Sequence record: AP017925.1
Direction: 5' to 3' (one strand)
DNA: 64,000 nt
The position numbers and the translations under genes were made by a program. The notes under the pieces were generated by a model. That model was not told the origin of the DNA and searched no databases. It saw only the letters and a program-made list of their open reading frames with translations. This document shows positions 54,408 to 63,063 of this stretch, one piece after another. Every line of letters begins with the position of its first letter. Within the stretch, counting starts at the first letter, position 1.

Positions 54408-55790
54408 TTAGAACGGCGGTTCTTCGAGGATGCGCTTCATGGAAGACTTCAGCACCGCAGCGATATCAAGCCCCAGCGAGTCGTACACCGAGACCATAAA
54501 GCGAGCAGTTTTGACCTTGTTGTTCAGGTCATTATCCAGCATCGTCTGAAAATCAAACAATGCGGTGAAGAAGGCCTCGAACGTACCATGCCCACGCGAG
54601 ATCGCGATAAACGCTTTACGTAGGTACTTGGATGGATTGAGAAGACGACTGTTGATAGCCGTCACGTTCAGCGTCACATTGTGTTCAGCCAGTAACACTG
54701 TTTCTACCGAACCCTGTACTTTAGCCGGCAGTGCTGCGTTGAGCGCACGGATCAATTGCAGGATGAGGTAGTAGTTCTTCGGCCGAATAGTTCGCGCAAC
54801 TTGTGCATATTCCACACGCACCGGGTAGTCGCCGAACTTACTGAGCGGGATTTCCGTCAGTTCGTAGACAGACTTGGTGTCGAAGTCCTTGTTGACCTTG
54901 TCGTAACCCTTCAGCGACACACGAGCATGATCGCGCGCGTCCATGTACATCAGCACGAGATCGCGCAGCAGATCTTGCGATTCCGGACTGACTTGACTGA
55001 ACTGGTCCGTCGACACAAACACGCCATAGTTGGTGGCGAGGTCGCTGCCGAGTACCGCATTGACGAAGTTGAACAGCAGCTCTTCCCGCGCCAATGTTTC
55101 CATATTGCGAACTTCGACGTCCACCCGGCGCAGCAGTCTCTCGATAGTGTCTTTATCGATCACACCGTGATAGCCGCGGTGTTTGCTGAACACGTTTTCA
55201 TTACCGACGAATCGGTAATGCCCTTCCCGCACCAGCGCACGGTAGGCGTTGTTTGCCTCCAGTGGCTTCTTCGGATGGAAGAGCATGACGATCTTGTTCT
55301 TCTCGGCATTGAGGTTCATCGTCAGATCGACGTTTTCCGTCTCACTGTAGTTCTTGATGGCCTCGGCCACCGAATCCGTCACGGCCGGTACAAACTCGTC
55401 CGGGTCGATAGAGGCTTCGATGTCTTCACCGCGCATCTCTGCCACCCACATCTTACCGATCGCTTTGGAGAACTTCTCGATGTCTTCCGGTGTCAAGTTC
55501 TCCTCATCTCCTTCCAGAACTTTCCCCATGCTTACGAGGTCTGCGGTCGTGAACTTATCCGGAGTTGGCTGACTATTATCAGCTTTCGGATTTTCGGCGG
55601 GCTTGTCTTTTCCGAGCATCCAGCCGAAAGCATTAGACAACCTCTCAACATCCTCAGGAGAAATGCTTTCGGGGTTATCCAGATTGATTGTTCGGGAGAT
55701 GCCGTTTTCCATTAAAACGGCGACGTTCTCCGGAGGAGGAGATTCCCCGGCATTAGTTTCGCCGGTAGAAGGTTTCTGTCTCTTTGTCAC
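54408..55790 (-). CDS. hypothetical protein (460 aa)
   Basis: Long ORF with an acidic low-complexity N-terminus. Confidence 0.8.
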   Translation of the reverse strand: MTKRQKPSTGETNAGESPPPENVAVLMENGISRTINLDNPESISPEDVERLSNAFGWMLGKDKPAENPKADNSQPTPDKFTTADLVSMGKVLEGDEENLTPEDIEKFSKAIGKMWVAEMRGEDIEASIDPDEFVPAVTDSVAEAIKNYSETENVDLTMNLNAEKNKIVMLFHPKKPLEANNAYRALVREGHYRFVGNENVFSKHRGYHGVIDKDTIERLLRRVDVEVRNMETLAREELLFNFVNAVLGSDLATNYGVFVSTDQFSQVSPESQDLLRDLVLMYMDARDHARVSLKGYDKVNKDFDTKSVYELTEIPLSKFGDYPVRVEYAQVARTIRPKNYYLILQLIRALNAALPAKVQGSVETVLLAEHNVTLNVTAINSRLLNPSKYLRKAFIAISRGHGTFEAFFTALFDFQTMLDNDLNNKVKTARFMVSVYDSLGLDIAAVLKSSMKRILEEPPF

Positions 55791-55844
55791 GATGTGCTCT
55801 CCTTTAATAAGGCCGGTGGTTAGCCGGCCTTTGTTGCGACAACC

Positions 55845-56927
55845 TTAAAAGGGAAGACCTTCGTCGCTGATACGCTGACTGGATTCTCTCACCAGCGTTT
55901 CGAACGGCATGTCGATGCGAGCCAAGTAGCCGAAGTAGCAATCCAGCTCGTAGGTGATTGCGATGAAGTGTTCCTTCAGTGCTTCGGACAACTCGACGAT
56001 CTGGTCCAGCAATTCCGACAACGGCTTCCGGTTCTGGATGAAGTCGGAAGTGATGTCCCGCAGGCGCGCCGATTTCGCCTGCAGCCTGGCGATCGTCTGG
56101 TGCGTGGTATTGGGGTAGCGCATGGCCGGAATGTGGTCCTGGATCACCGTGGTCGGAATCACGCGGTTGAAGAAGGAGGCCAAGTCACGAATACGATGGA
56201 GCAATACACGTGGCTGAGTTTCGCGGAACTTGGGTTGCAGCTCGTCGAGGATTGGCATCAGCAGACTTTCCTGCGTGTAGCGGTAGTCCCACTGTTTCCA
56301 GGTGGTAAGCGCTTCTCGCATCCGAGGGATGAAGTTGATGGTCATCTCCAGCAACTGCATCTCTTCATCCGTGAGAATGCCATTCACCACAGCAGGTCGA
56401 GCCGGATGCCTGAGGCCGACGTGATTCGATGTCCAGGCTTCCTGTACACCAAAGCTACCGGTCGGCAGCAACGCGGTATTCACGATGTACTCGCGATCGC
56501 CGTCGGCCAGCAAGTCTTCGAGGTCGTACTTGCGTTCCAGGTTCTTCAGCTTCTTGATGGCCTCACGCACCTTTTGCATCTGCATCCACCAGTCGGTGTT
56601 GCCGGTATACGGGATCGTGAAGATGCGAGCAATCTCGTTGTCCACCAGCGCCTTACTGAAGAACTGGCTGTTTTTCTGAGTCTCTTCCGAGAGATTGAGG
56701 ACCGGGGAGAAAGACAGCGGTTCGCGCGCCTTGTTGTAGCTCTTCTGATCACCCCAGATATCGGAAGCGAGCTTGTTGGATTTCTCCGTCAAGGTTTTGG
56801 AGTATTCCGTGTCCCAGGGCGCGGTGTCGCTGTACGGCGCGAACGGAATGATCGGTGCTTGATCGGGCGCCGCTACGGCTACCGGCTTTTCCTGCTGTAC
56901 TGCAGGTTTTTCATTCTTCGGTTTCAT
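55845..56927 (-). CDS. hypothetical helical protein (360 aa)
   Basis: Long ORF with high-GC3 codon usage. Confidence 0.8.
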   Translation of the reverse strand: MKPKNEKPAVQQEKPVAVAAPDQAPIIPFAPYSDTAPWDTEYSKTLTEKSNKLASDIWGDQKSYNKAREPLSFSPVLNLSEETQKNSQFFSKALVDNEIARIFTIPYTGNTDWWMQMQKVREAIKKLKNLERKYDLEDLLADGDREYIVNTALLPTGSFGVQEAWTSNHVGLRHPARPAVVNGILTDEEMQLLEMTINFIPRMREALTTWKQWDYRYTQESLLMPILDELQPKFRETQPRVLLHRIRDLASFFNRVIPTTVIQDHIPAMRYPNTTHQTIARLQAKSARLRDITSDFIQNRKPLSELLDQIVELSEALKEHFIAITYELDCYFGYLARIDMPFETLVRESSQRISDEGLPF

Positions 56928-56992
56928 TGGCTTCTCTTTCGAAGGAGCGAGGGGTTAAAGAGGATATCTACAATTAACTCGCTACGGGTAAA

Positions 56993-57526
56993 TTAGGACT
57001 CTACTGCAGCGCATTCGATGCCGGCGAGTTCGAATACCGACTTGGGATCGTATCCGTCGCAGTAGATCATTTCGAAAGCCGTCTCAACATCGATCATTCG
57101 CATGTCTTTGTTGGGTAGGCCTTCTTTACGTACCAGCATGTGCCAAATTGCAGCACTCCAGGGACGTCTTGCCGACAAGATATCCGTCATGAACTCTGAC
57201 GCCATCTTGTTGAACTTTTGGTCTTTCGAATGATGGAAGTTATACGACGCAGTTTCGGCATTCGTGTCATCCACGAGAAAGCGAGCGATCTCGTAGATTT
57301 CTGCCAAGTCCTCTTTGGAGCCAGAGAACACCATATCGTCCACCGCACCGAAGCAGCCGCTTTTGGTACGTACTTCATCTTCAGACACAAACACCATCTT
57401 GCTACCGTAGTAGACTTCAGCACGCACGAAATACTTGAGCGCTGCTTGCGGTGTCATTTGACGATCCTCGCAGACCATAACACCCCGCGCATCGTCGAAC
57501 GTGCGAGTGTAATAATGCTTGATCAT
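56993..57526 (-). CDS. hypothetical protein (~177 aa)
   Basis: Start moved to MIKHYY (RBS AAGGAAG) downstream of the promoter at 57568..57594. Confidence 0.7.
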   Translation of the reverse strand: MIKHYYTRTFDDARGVMVCEDRQMTPQAALKYFVRAEVYYGSKMVFVSEDEVRTKSGCFGAVDDMVFSGSKEDLAEIYEIARFLVDDTNAETASYNFHHSKDQKFNKMASEFMTDILSARRPWSAAIWHMLVRKEGLPNKDMRMIDVETAFEMIYCDGYDPKSVFELAGIECAAVES

Positions 57527-57567
57527 TCTTCTTCCTTTCGTTGTCACTACCAGATGTATTCCCAGTA

Positions 57568-57594
57568 GTAATATGTTGCCAGCGAATTTTTGAG
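57568..57594 (-). promoter_or_regulatory. putative phage early promoter
   Basis: CTCAAAAATTC-GCTGGCA-ACATATTAC on the minus strand, nearly identical to the copy at 40763. Confidence 0.7.
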
Positions 57595-57609
57595 AAAAAG
57601 AAACCACCA

Positions 57610-57653
57610 ACATAAAAGCGAGGAGACCCGAAGGTCTCCTCGCTCGTTATGCC
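57610..57653. terminator. symmetric terminator after the permease gene
   Basis: ACATAAAA-GCGAGGAGACC-cgaa-GGTCTCCTCGC-TCGTTATGCC. Confidence 0.85.
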
Positions 57654-58384
57654 GTGCGTTGTTTCTCAATGACTGTCGCTGTCACGTACAAGACGAAGGA
57701 TAACAACAGGAGGTATGTGGAGAGTGCCATGGCGTTGTCGAACTCAAACAAGTGAAACCGCTCAAAGATTTCAGTCGTCATGACTTTAGGCCAATACGCA
57801 AACACCACGATCACTCCAAACATCGATAGACCAAACGACGTACAGGTCACGAAAATCCGCACCAAACCCCTCAGATTGCTCCGAATGTAGATTTGGACTG
57901 CAACTGTACGTCGCGATGCTCCGAGCGCGTAGGCGGCCTCTAGAATGTCTCTATTGGTGCCTCTGAATACTTGAGCCACCAACACAATGCAGTAAGGAGT
58001 CAGGCAGTACAGCTGCGCCACCAATAGCCCTAACCACGTATTGACGAAGATGTCGCCAAACAGCATTCCAAAGATGCCGCTCTTGCCGTAGAGCATTAAC
58101 AAAGCCACGCCAAGCACGATGTCCGGTACTGCGAGCAACAGCCCACTGACCAAAGACATCACCGTCCCAGCGCGACTTGGTACAGCCATCGCGAATGCAA
58201 CAGGAAACGCCAGCACGAGCGCTCCTAGAGAAGCTAGAGCGCTTAGGAGTAGCGATGTACCGAGTGCAGGCAGACACTCGACAAGCACCGCTACATTGAA
58301 CGAGAACTGACTCAGTACGTACAGAACAGGCGCCATCAGCCACAGACAAATGACGCCGTTCGTGACTGATAGTGCGCGACCCAT
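57647..58384 (-). CDS. ABC transporter permease, ModB/CysT-like
   Basis: About 5-6 TM segments, VPDIVLGVALL, and the EAA loop ILEAAYALGAS. Confidence 0.8.
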   Translation of the reverse strand: MGRALSVTNGVICLWLMAPVLYVLSQFSFNVAVLVECLPALGTSLLLSALASLGALVLAFPVAFAMAVPSRAGTVMSLVSGLLLAVPDIVLGVALLMLYGKSGIFGMLFGDIFVNTWLGLLVAQLYCLTPYCIVLVAQVFRGTNRDILEAAYALGASRRTVAVQIYIRSNLRGLVRIFVTCTSFGLSMFGVIVVFAYWPKVMTTEIFERFHLFEFDNAMALSTYLLLLSFVLYVTATVIEKQRTA

Positions 58385-59172
58385 TACTGGATCAGACCCA
58401 GGCTCTTGAAGGACTGGATGTTCTTCGGATCAGCCAGGAACTTCACGAAGGCAGCCGTTTCCGGACGGTTGTTCATGATGCCCACACCGAACGAGGACAC
58501 GTGACCCGGCACCTTTTCACCGTTCTTCAGCGTGTACGACACTTGACTGTAGTCATAGTTCGGATTATCCAGACCGTACGGCGCCGGCAGTTCGAAGAAC
58601 TTCTGCTTCGAGCCGACCGCGAACGACTTGTAGGTGAAGATCACGTCGAGGTTGCCGGCCTTCATCAGGTTGAACAGATCCGTGGTCTCGTTACGGTCGT
58701 ACTTCGACACCGCCTGGAACTTGGTGCCGTGTGCTTGGTTGTACAGACCGAAGATGAAGTGTGCGTAGTAGCCCAGCGGGTCAGCATTCGGGTTCGAGAA
58801 ACCGTAGTTCAGCTTGGACAGCTTTTGCATCCAGTTGTCCTTGGTGAAACCCGGGTCCTTGAGGTAGACCAGCACGATCGGATCGATGGCGATCTGTTGG
58901 GCACGCACGTCTTTGAAGCGCGAGAGAAGCCAGGTGTCTTCGGTGAAGAACAGATCCGGCTTGTAGCCTTGCTTGAGGTAGTTCGCCAGGCCGGTCACGG
59001 ACTCGGTTTCGCGCAGCTTGGTGGTGTGACCGGTAGCCTTGTCGAAGGCCGGAGCCAGTTGTTTCACCAACGGGAACGGGCTGTCTTCGGAGTACACCGA
59101 CAGGTTGCTGGCGAAGACCGCGAACGAGATGAATGCCGTGGCAATGGCGGCAAAGAAGTGCTTGAGTTTCAT
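58384..59172 (-). CDS. oxyanion (molybdate/tungstate/sulfate) binding protein, ModA/WtpA-like
   Basis: Signal peptide, PDLFFTED, FSNPNADPLGY, GNLDVIFTYKSFA, and the C-terminal AAFVKFL. TAATG-coupled to the permease. Confidence 0.75.
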   Translation of the reverse strand: MKLKHFFAAIATAFISFAVFASNLSVYSEDSPFPLVKQLAPAFDKATGHTTKLRETESVTGLANYLKQGYKPDLFFTEDTWLLSRFKDVRAQQIAIDPIVLVYLKDPGFTKDNWMQKLSKLNYGFSNPNADPLGYYAHFIFGLYNQAHGTKFQAVSKYDRNETTDLFNLMKAGNLDVIFTYKSFAVGSKQKFFELPAPYGLDNPNYDYSQVSYTLKNGEKVPGHVSSFGVGIMNNRPETAAFVKFLADPKNIQSFKSLGLIQ

Positions 59173-59201
59173 GTTGATCTCAGGTTTGGAGGGGATTTAA
59201 A

Positions 59202-59225
59202 GCGAAACGGCCGAAACCGTTTCGC
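59202..59225 (-). terminator. hairpin between the TAXI and ModA-like genes
   Basis: GCGAAACGG-ccgaaa-CCGTTTCGC followed by TTTAAA on the minus strand. Confidence 0.6.
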
Positions 59226-59243
59226 CCCTTTGGTTGCTCTTGA

Positions 59244-60164
59244 TTACAGGTCGTACCACGGCCAGCCGCCATGGTTGTTCGCATCCACTTCTTGCCACTT
59301 CGGATGCGTGCCGGTCTTGTCCTGGATGTCACCCAGCTTGGCGTTGAAGCAAGCGCGCATGGACTTCAGCTTGTCTTGCATGCCAGCCGAACGATACACA
59401 CGGGACACGAGCAGCGCTTGGGTAGCCACCGATTGCACGCCTGCGGCGTTCAGGTTGGCGTAGGACAGCTTGGCCGGGAAGTACAGCTTCGAAGCTGCCA
59501 GCTTGCTCACGAGGTCAGCGGGAATCGGCAGGATCTTGAACGAAGCCGGCAGAGTCTTCACCATCGGGTGCGGTGCGCCGCCAACGACCAGGATCGCATC
59601 CAGTTCACCCGACAGCAGTTTGGCTTTCAGCTGGTCATTGTTTGCCACCGGCAGCACTTTGAAGCCTAGACCGGAGTTGGCAGCCACGACGGAAGCGGAA
59701 GCGATCGAACCACCCACGGCGCCGACGTTGCGACCGCGCAGGTCCGACAGTGTCTTGAACTGAACGTCCTTGGCACCCAGGGAAGTACCGAAGTAGCCAC
59801 CTTCTTTCTTCACATCAGCACGTGCGATGAAGTGCAGCTCTTCGGGATGCAGAGCTAGCAGGGTCTTGATATTCGCGACCTTGGAGGCATCGGTACGGCG
59901 CTCGAATTCGAGCATGTCGGCCTGGACGATGGCTGCGTTGACTTGGTTGCCGATCAGCAGGTTCTTGTTGTCGATACCGCCGGTGGTGGTCTGTTCTTGC
60001 CAGTTGCCGTTGCCGCAGACGGCGGCCAGCTCGTTGAACATGATGCTGTAGGTCGAGCCGCCCTTGCGGTCGCCGGTAGCGACGATGATCTTTTCTTGCG
60101 CGAATGCTTGCGCGGTAAACGCGAACGCCAGCAGCGCTGCGATCGAGGCGATGAACTTCTTCAT
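59244..60164 (-). CDS. TAXI-family TRAP solute receptor-like periplasmic protein (~306 aa)
   Basis: Signal peptide MKKFIAS...AFA, IIVATG...GSTY, TTGGIDN, AIVQAD, LHPEELHFIAR, LSDLRGRNV. Confidence 0.75.
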   Translation of the reverse strand: MKKFIASIAALLAFAFTAQAFAQEKIIVATGDRKGGSTYSIMFNELAAVCGNGNWQEQTTTGGIDNKNLLIGNQVNAAIVQADMLEFERRTDASKVANIKTLLALHPEELHFIARADVKKEGGYFGTSLGAKDVQFKTLSDLRGRNVGAVGGSIASASVVAANSGLGFKVLPVANNDQLKAKLLSGELDAILVVGGAPHPMVKTLPASFKILPIPADLVSKLAASKLYFPAKLSYANLNAAGVQSVATQALLVSRVYRSAGMQDKLKSMRACFNAKLGDIQDKTGTHPKWQEVDANNHGGWPWYDL

Positions 60165-60198
60165 TTCAGTTTCTTCCTTGCTTCTTGGTTGAGAGAGA

Positions 60199-60342
60199 TT
60201 ACAGCTTGTAACCGGAGTCTTGAGCAGCAGGCTCGGCGGCTGCAGGAGCAGCTTCAACCGGGGCTTGCGACTGGTTCGTGGCGAAGTACAGACCGCCGAG
60301 GATGGCGAGCATCAGTACGCCGCCGATGATACTGGCTTTCAT
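60199..60342 (-). CDS. small single-TM protein (47 aa)
   Basis: Hand translation MKASIIGGVLMLAILGGLYFATNQSQAPVEAAPAAAEPAAQDSGYKL*. ATGA overlap with the upstream gene. Confidence 0.7.
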   Translation of the reverse strand: MKASIIGGVLMLAILGGLYFATNQSQAPVEAAPAAAEPAAQDSGYKL

Positions 60343-61094
60343 GCGATCACCTTGACGTTTTCGATGGGTTTCAGAATGTTGCCCAGGATCACGCCGCCTT
60401 CAGCCGTATAGTTGATGGCGCGCACTTCTTGACCCTTGATCTGGTCACGGACGTAGTTGTCGTCGGCGAGAGCCATGCGCAGCTGAGCGATGGCTTTGGC
60501 GTTGGTGTTGTCGACTTCGTCGAACGCAACCTCTTCCTTGAACTTCGACATGAAGTCCTCGCCAGCATTCATAGCCGCACCGGTCTCGACCGCGGCCAGC
60601 GACATCTCGTACAGATCCTTGGCTTTCACGACGTTGCGCTTGAACACTTCCAGCGACGTCTTGGCATCCTTGAACTGGTCAACGCGGTAAGCCAGCAACC
60701 GCTCGAAGTCGCTAAGCTGATCCTGATAGGTTCTGGCTTCTTCCGGATAATCCTGCACCAGCTTGGCAACCTTTTTGCGGAACTTCTCCAGACTGGTTGC
60801 CTGGCCTTCGAGCTTTACCCGAGCCGTTTCCAGCTCTTGCGTACGCTCTTGTTGACGCGTGTAAAGCGTTTCGATCGGATTGGCCTGTACGACAGCGGTG
60901 ACGGCTTTGAACTTCATGTTCGTGAGCCAGGTGGTAACGGCCGGTTGCAGAGCCAGTACAGCACCACCGACAACGGCAGCAATAGCGAGGCCGACGATGC
61001 CCTTGATGATCAGGAAGATTGCAGGCGCCACAGCGAGTGCTACCCCTCCCACGATCCCAAGCTGCAGGAGCCGCTTGTATTTTTGTTTGTCCAT
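60339..61094 (-). CDS. membrane-anchored coiled-coil protein, PspA/IM30-like (~251 aa)
   Basis: Two N-terminal TM segments then NPIETL and a long helical coiled coil. Start moved to MDKQKY. Confidence 0.6.
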   Translation of the reverse strand: MDKQKYKRLLQLGIVGGVALAVAPAIFLIIKGIVGLAIAAVVGGAVLALQPAVTTWLTNMKFKAVTAVVQANPIETLYTRQQERTQELETARVKLEGQATSLEKFRKKVAKLVQDYPEEARTYQDQLSDFERLLAYRVDQFKDAKTSLEVFKRNVVKAKDLYEMSLAAVETGAAMNAGEDFMSKFKEEVAFDEVDNTNAKAIAQLRMALADDNYVRDQIKGQEVRAINYTAEGGVILGNILKPIENVKVIA

Positions 61095-61247
61095 GATGTT
61101 CTTCGGGTTAAGTTGATCGAGAGCTAACATTTGCTCAAATCATCCCATGGCTCTGTTATTTTCTACCAACTTGAGATGACAAAAAAAGAGAGAGGCAGGC
61201 CCCTGCCTGGGCCAAGTTCCCCCGAGCCTCTCTCCAAAAAGTAATCG

Positions 61248-61730
61248 TTACGTGATCAAGGCCGGTTCTGTCTCGATCTTGGCGAAGTAATGCTTCTTGC
61301 CGTCACGCACACTGAACAGCCTTCCTTGGAAGTCAGCTTCCATCAACGCATCGTTGATGGCTTCGAACTCGCGCAGGTCTACTCGTACCATATTCAGGCG
61401 CTTCTGATAACGCTCGGCGGCTGCTTTCGTGGTGAAGAAGCCAGCACCGCGCCCTTTGTTGCTAAAGGGCGGAATGCTTATCCCGTAATAGTTGGCCGGG
61501 ACGATGTGGCGCATGCGAGTGATACAAAGGTGGCTGGAAAGGAAAGCCATACGGTGAGAGTTTTGGTCCTTATGGAACCAAGGCTTCTCTGTCCAAGGCT
61601 TCTCAGTGAAGAAGACTTTAATGGGTACTAACGTATGAAGCTTACCGTCATAGGTGAGAGTTTGTACCCACCAGCCGGTTTTGCCATTACGGATATCCTT
61701 GTACTTCAACTGACCAGCTTTGGTAGCCAT
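61248..61730 (-). CDS. hypothetical protein (160 aa)
   Basis: RBS AAGGAAAAG. Confidence 0.7.
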   Translation of the reverse strand: MATKAGQLKYKDIRNGKTGWWVQTLTYDGKLHTLVPIKVFFTEKPWTEKPWFHKDQNSHRMAFLSSHLCITRMRHIVPANYYGISIPPFSNKGRGAGFFTTKAAAERYQKRLNMVRVDLREFEAINDALMEADFQGRLFSVRDGKKHYFAKIETEPALIT

Positions 61731-61741
61731 GTCTTTTCCTT

Positions 61742-62098
61742 TTAGATCTTGTTGGCGGCAGCCAGCTCAAGCATGATTTTGACGCTAGGCATGCTTAGGG
61801 CTTCTTCCACTGATGTGTCAGGCCCAATCACACCAGCTTTACGAAGGTGCTCCATCAGTGGCTCGTAGTCGATCTCTTCCCACTTTTTGGGTGTCACGAC
61901 AACTTTTACTTTGGAAGTGAAAGCAATGCGCTCATTGCACTGCTCGCAATATACCTTACGCTCGTGACTGCAGAGCACTTTCAGGATATCGTCGGGAGCG
62001 GTTTCCAGCGTATAGTTCGCATAGTTACCGTTACCGATTTGTTCACTGGTAGTTTTGCTGCAGCACGGGCAGGTAAAAACTACGGTGTCATAGGACAC
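61742..62098 (-). CDS. Zn-ribbon protein (118 aa)
   Basis: CPCC...CEQC. Confidence 0.7.
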   Translation of the reverse strand: MSYDTVVFTCPCCSKTTSEQIGNGNYANYTLETAPDDILKVLCSHERKVYCEQCNERIAFTSKVKVVVTPKKWEEIDYEPLMEHLRKAGVIGPDTSVEEALSMPSVKIMLELAAANKI

Positions 62099-62109
62099 GT
62101 TATTCCTTT

Positions 62110-62466
62110 CTAATCTTCGCGATGATAATCAGCAAGCGATTTACGACACTTGCTGCAGAGATAGTACACAGGACCAGCCATTCCTTCGTCGGGATCACGA
62201 GTCGGCAGACACTGCTCACCCACAGGGCCGCAGTGATCGCAATCCGTATCGGTCGGATTATCCTTCTGATCCGCCACATGCTTCTCGTGCTTGTCCAAGC
62301 ACTCCTGACACATGTCAATGAGTTCGGCTCCCCAACTGTCCGTCTCACCTTGTATCCGAGCAACGGCTGGACGATCGGAATGGTCGTCGCAAGTCATACC
62401 CGCAGGCACGGGGTGACGGTGTCCGGGAAGAGTGCTAATCGGTCCAGTAACATCAGCCATTATCAT
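62110..62466 (-). CDS. Cys-rich putative Zn-binding protein (~118 aa)
   Basis: CDDH, CQEC, CDHC and CSKC. Confidence 0.75.
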   Translation of the reverse strand: MIMADVTGPISTLPGHRHPVPAGMTCDDHSDRPAVARIQGETDSWGAELIDMCQECLDKHEKHVADQKDNPTDTDCDHCGPVGEQCLPTRDPDEGMAGPVYYLCSKCRKSLADYHRED

Positions 62467-62698
62467 CTACTCCTAAGAGTTTGAAATCGGTATTAATAAG
62501 GAATCGCTCCTTATCAACTTGTTCAGTTCTGCTCTTGGCCCTAACAACAACCAGCTCGCGAACCGGATAGATGCCTGGGAACGTAGGACTGAGGAGTTCA
62601 ATTGGAGGATGCTTAGGCATAACCGCCGGAATCACTACGTTGACGTGCGGGCCATTATCACGCGTCCATTGCCTCAACTCGTCCCAAAGCTTTTTCAT
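62453..62698 (-). CDS. hypothetical protein (~81 aa)
   Basis: Start moved to MKKLWDEL. Confidence 0.55.
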   Translation of the reverse strand: MKKLWDELRQWTRDNGPHVNVVIPAVMPKHPPIELLSPTFPGIYPVRELVVVRAKSRTEQVDKERFLINTDFKLLGVDDNG

Positions 62699-62762
62699 AT
62701 CAGACACAATGCTCTCCTTTAAACACAATTCTATGCAGTACAACTTTAAGACAGGAGTCTTT

Positions 62763-63017
62763 ATGAATCTCGAACTCGAACTGATCGATGGCTGGAAAAA
62801 GTTCTATGCCATGTACTCGATCTGGTTTTTCGCCATCCTTGGCCTGCTGCCGGACCTGTTCAACCTCGCCATCCAGAATGGTGTGATCACCAGCGCCAGC
62901 GCACCCGAACTGCTCACCCGCGCGATCAACGTCATCGCTTTCGTGGGCGCTGCTTCCCGTCTGGTGAAGCAGAAGGTTCTTGCGAGCGAACCGGCTGCGC
63001 AGAACCCTGCCAGCTAA
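62763..63017 (+). CDS. putative holin (84 aa)
   Basis: RBS AGGAG. MNLELELIDGWKKFYAMYSIW followed by two TM segments ending RLVKQ. Plus-oriented terminator at 63035..63063. Confidence 0.75.
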   Translation: MNLELELIDGWKKFYAMYSIWFFAILGLLPDLFNLAIQNGVITSASAPELLTRAINVIAFVGAASRLVKQKVLASEPAAQNPAS

Positions 63018-63034
63018 AGCTGTTTAGAGCTTGG

Positions 63035-63063
63035 AGCGCTGGGGAAACCCGGCGCTTTATGCT
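63035..63063 (+). terminator. terminator with TTTATGC tail after the holin
   Basis: AGCGCTGGG-gaaa-CCCGGCGCT-TTATGC. Confidence 0.75.

Noticed and set aside
57000-61200. ABC ATPase for the ModA/ModB-like pair, or TRAP permease for the TAXI protein
   Set aside because: No Walker A + LSGGQ protein and no large DctM-like ORF adjacent. The only GKT P-loop in the window is the SF2 helicase.
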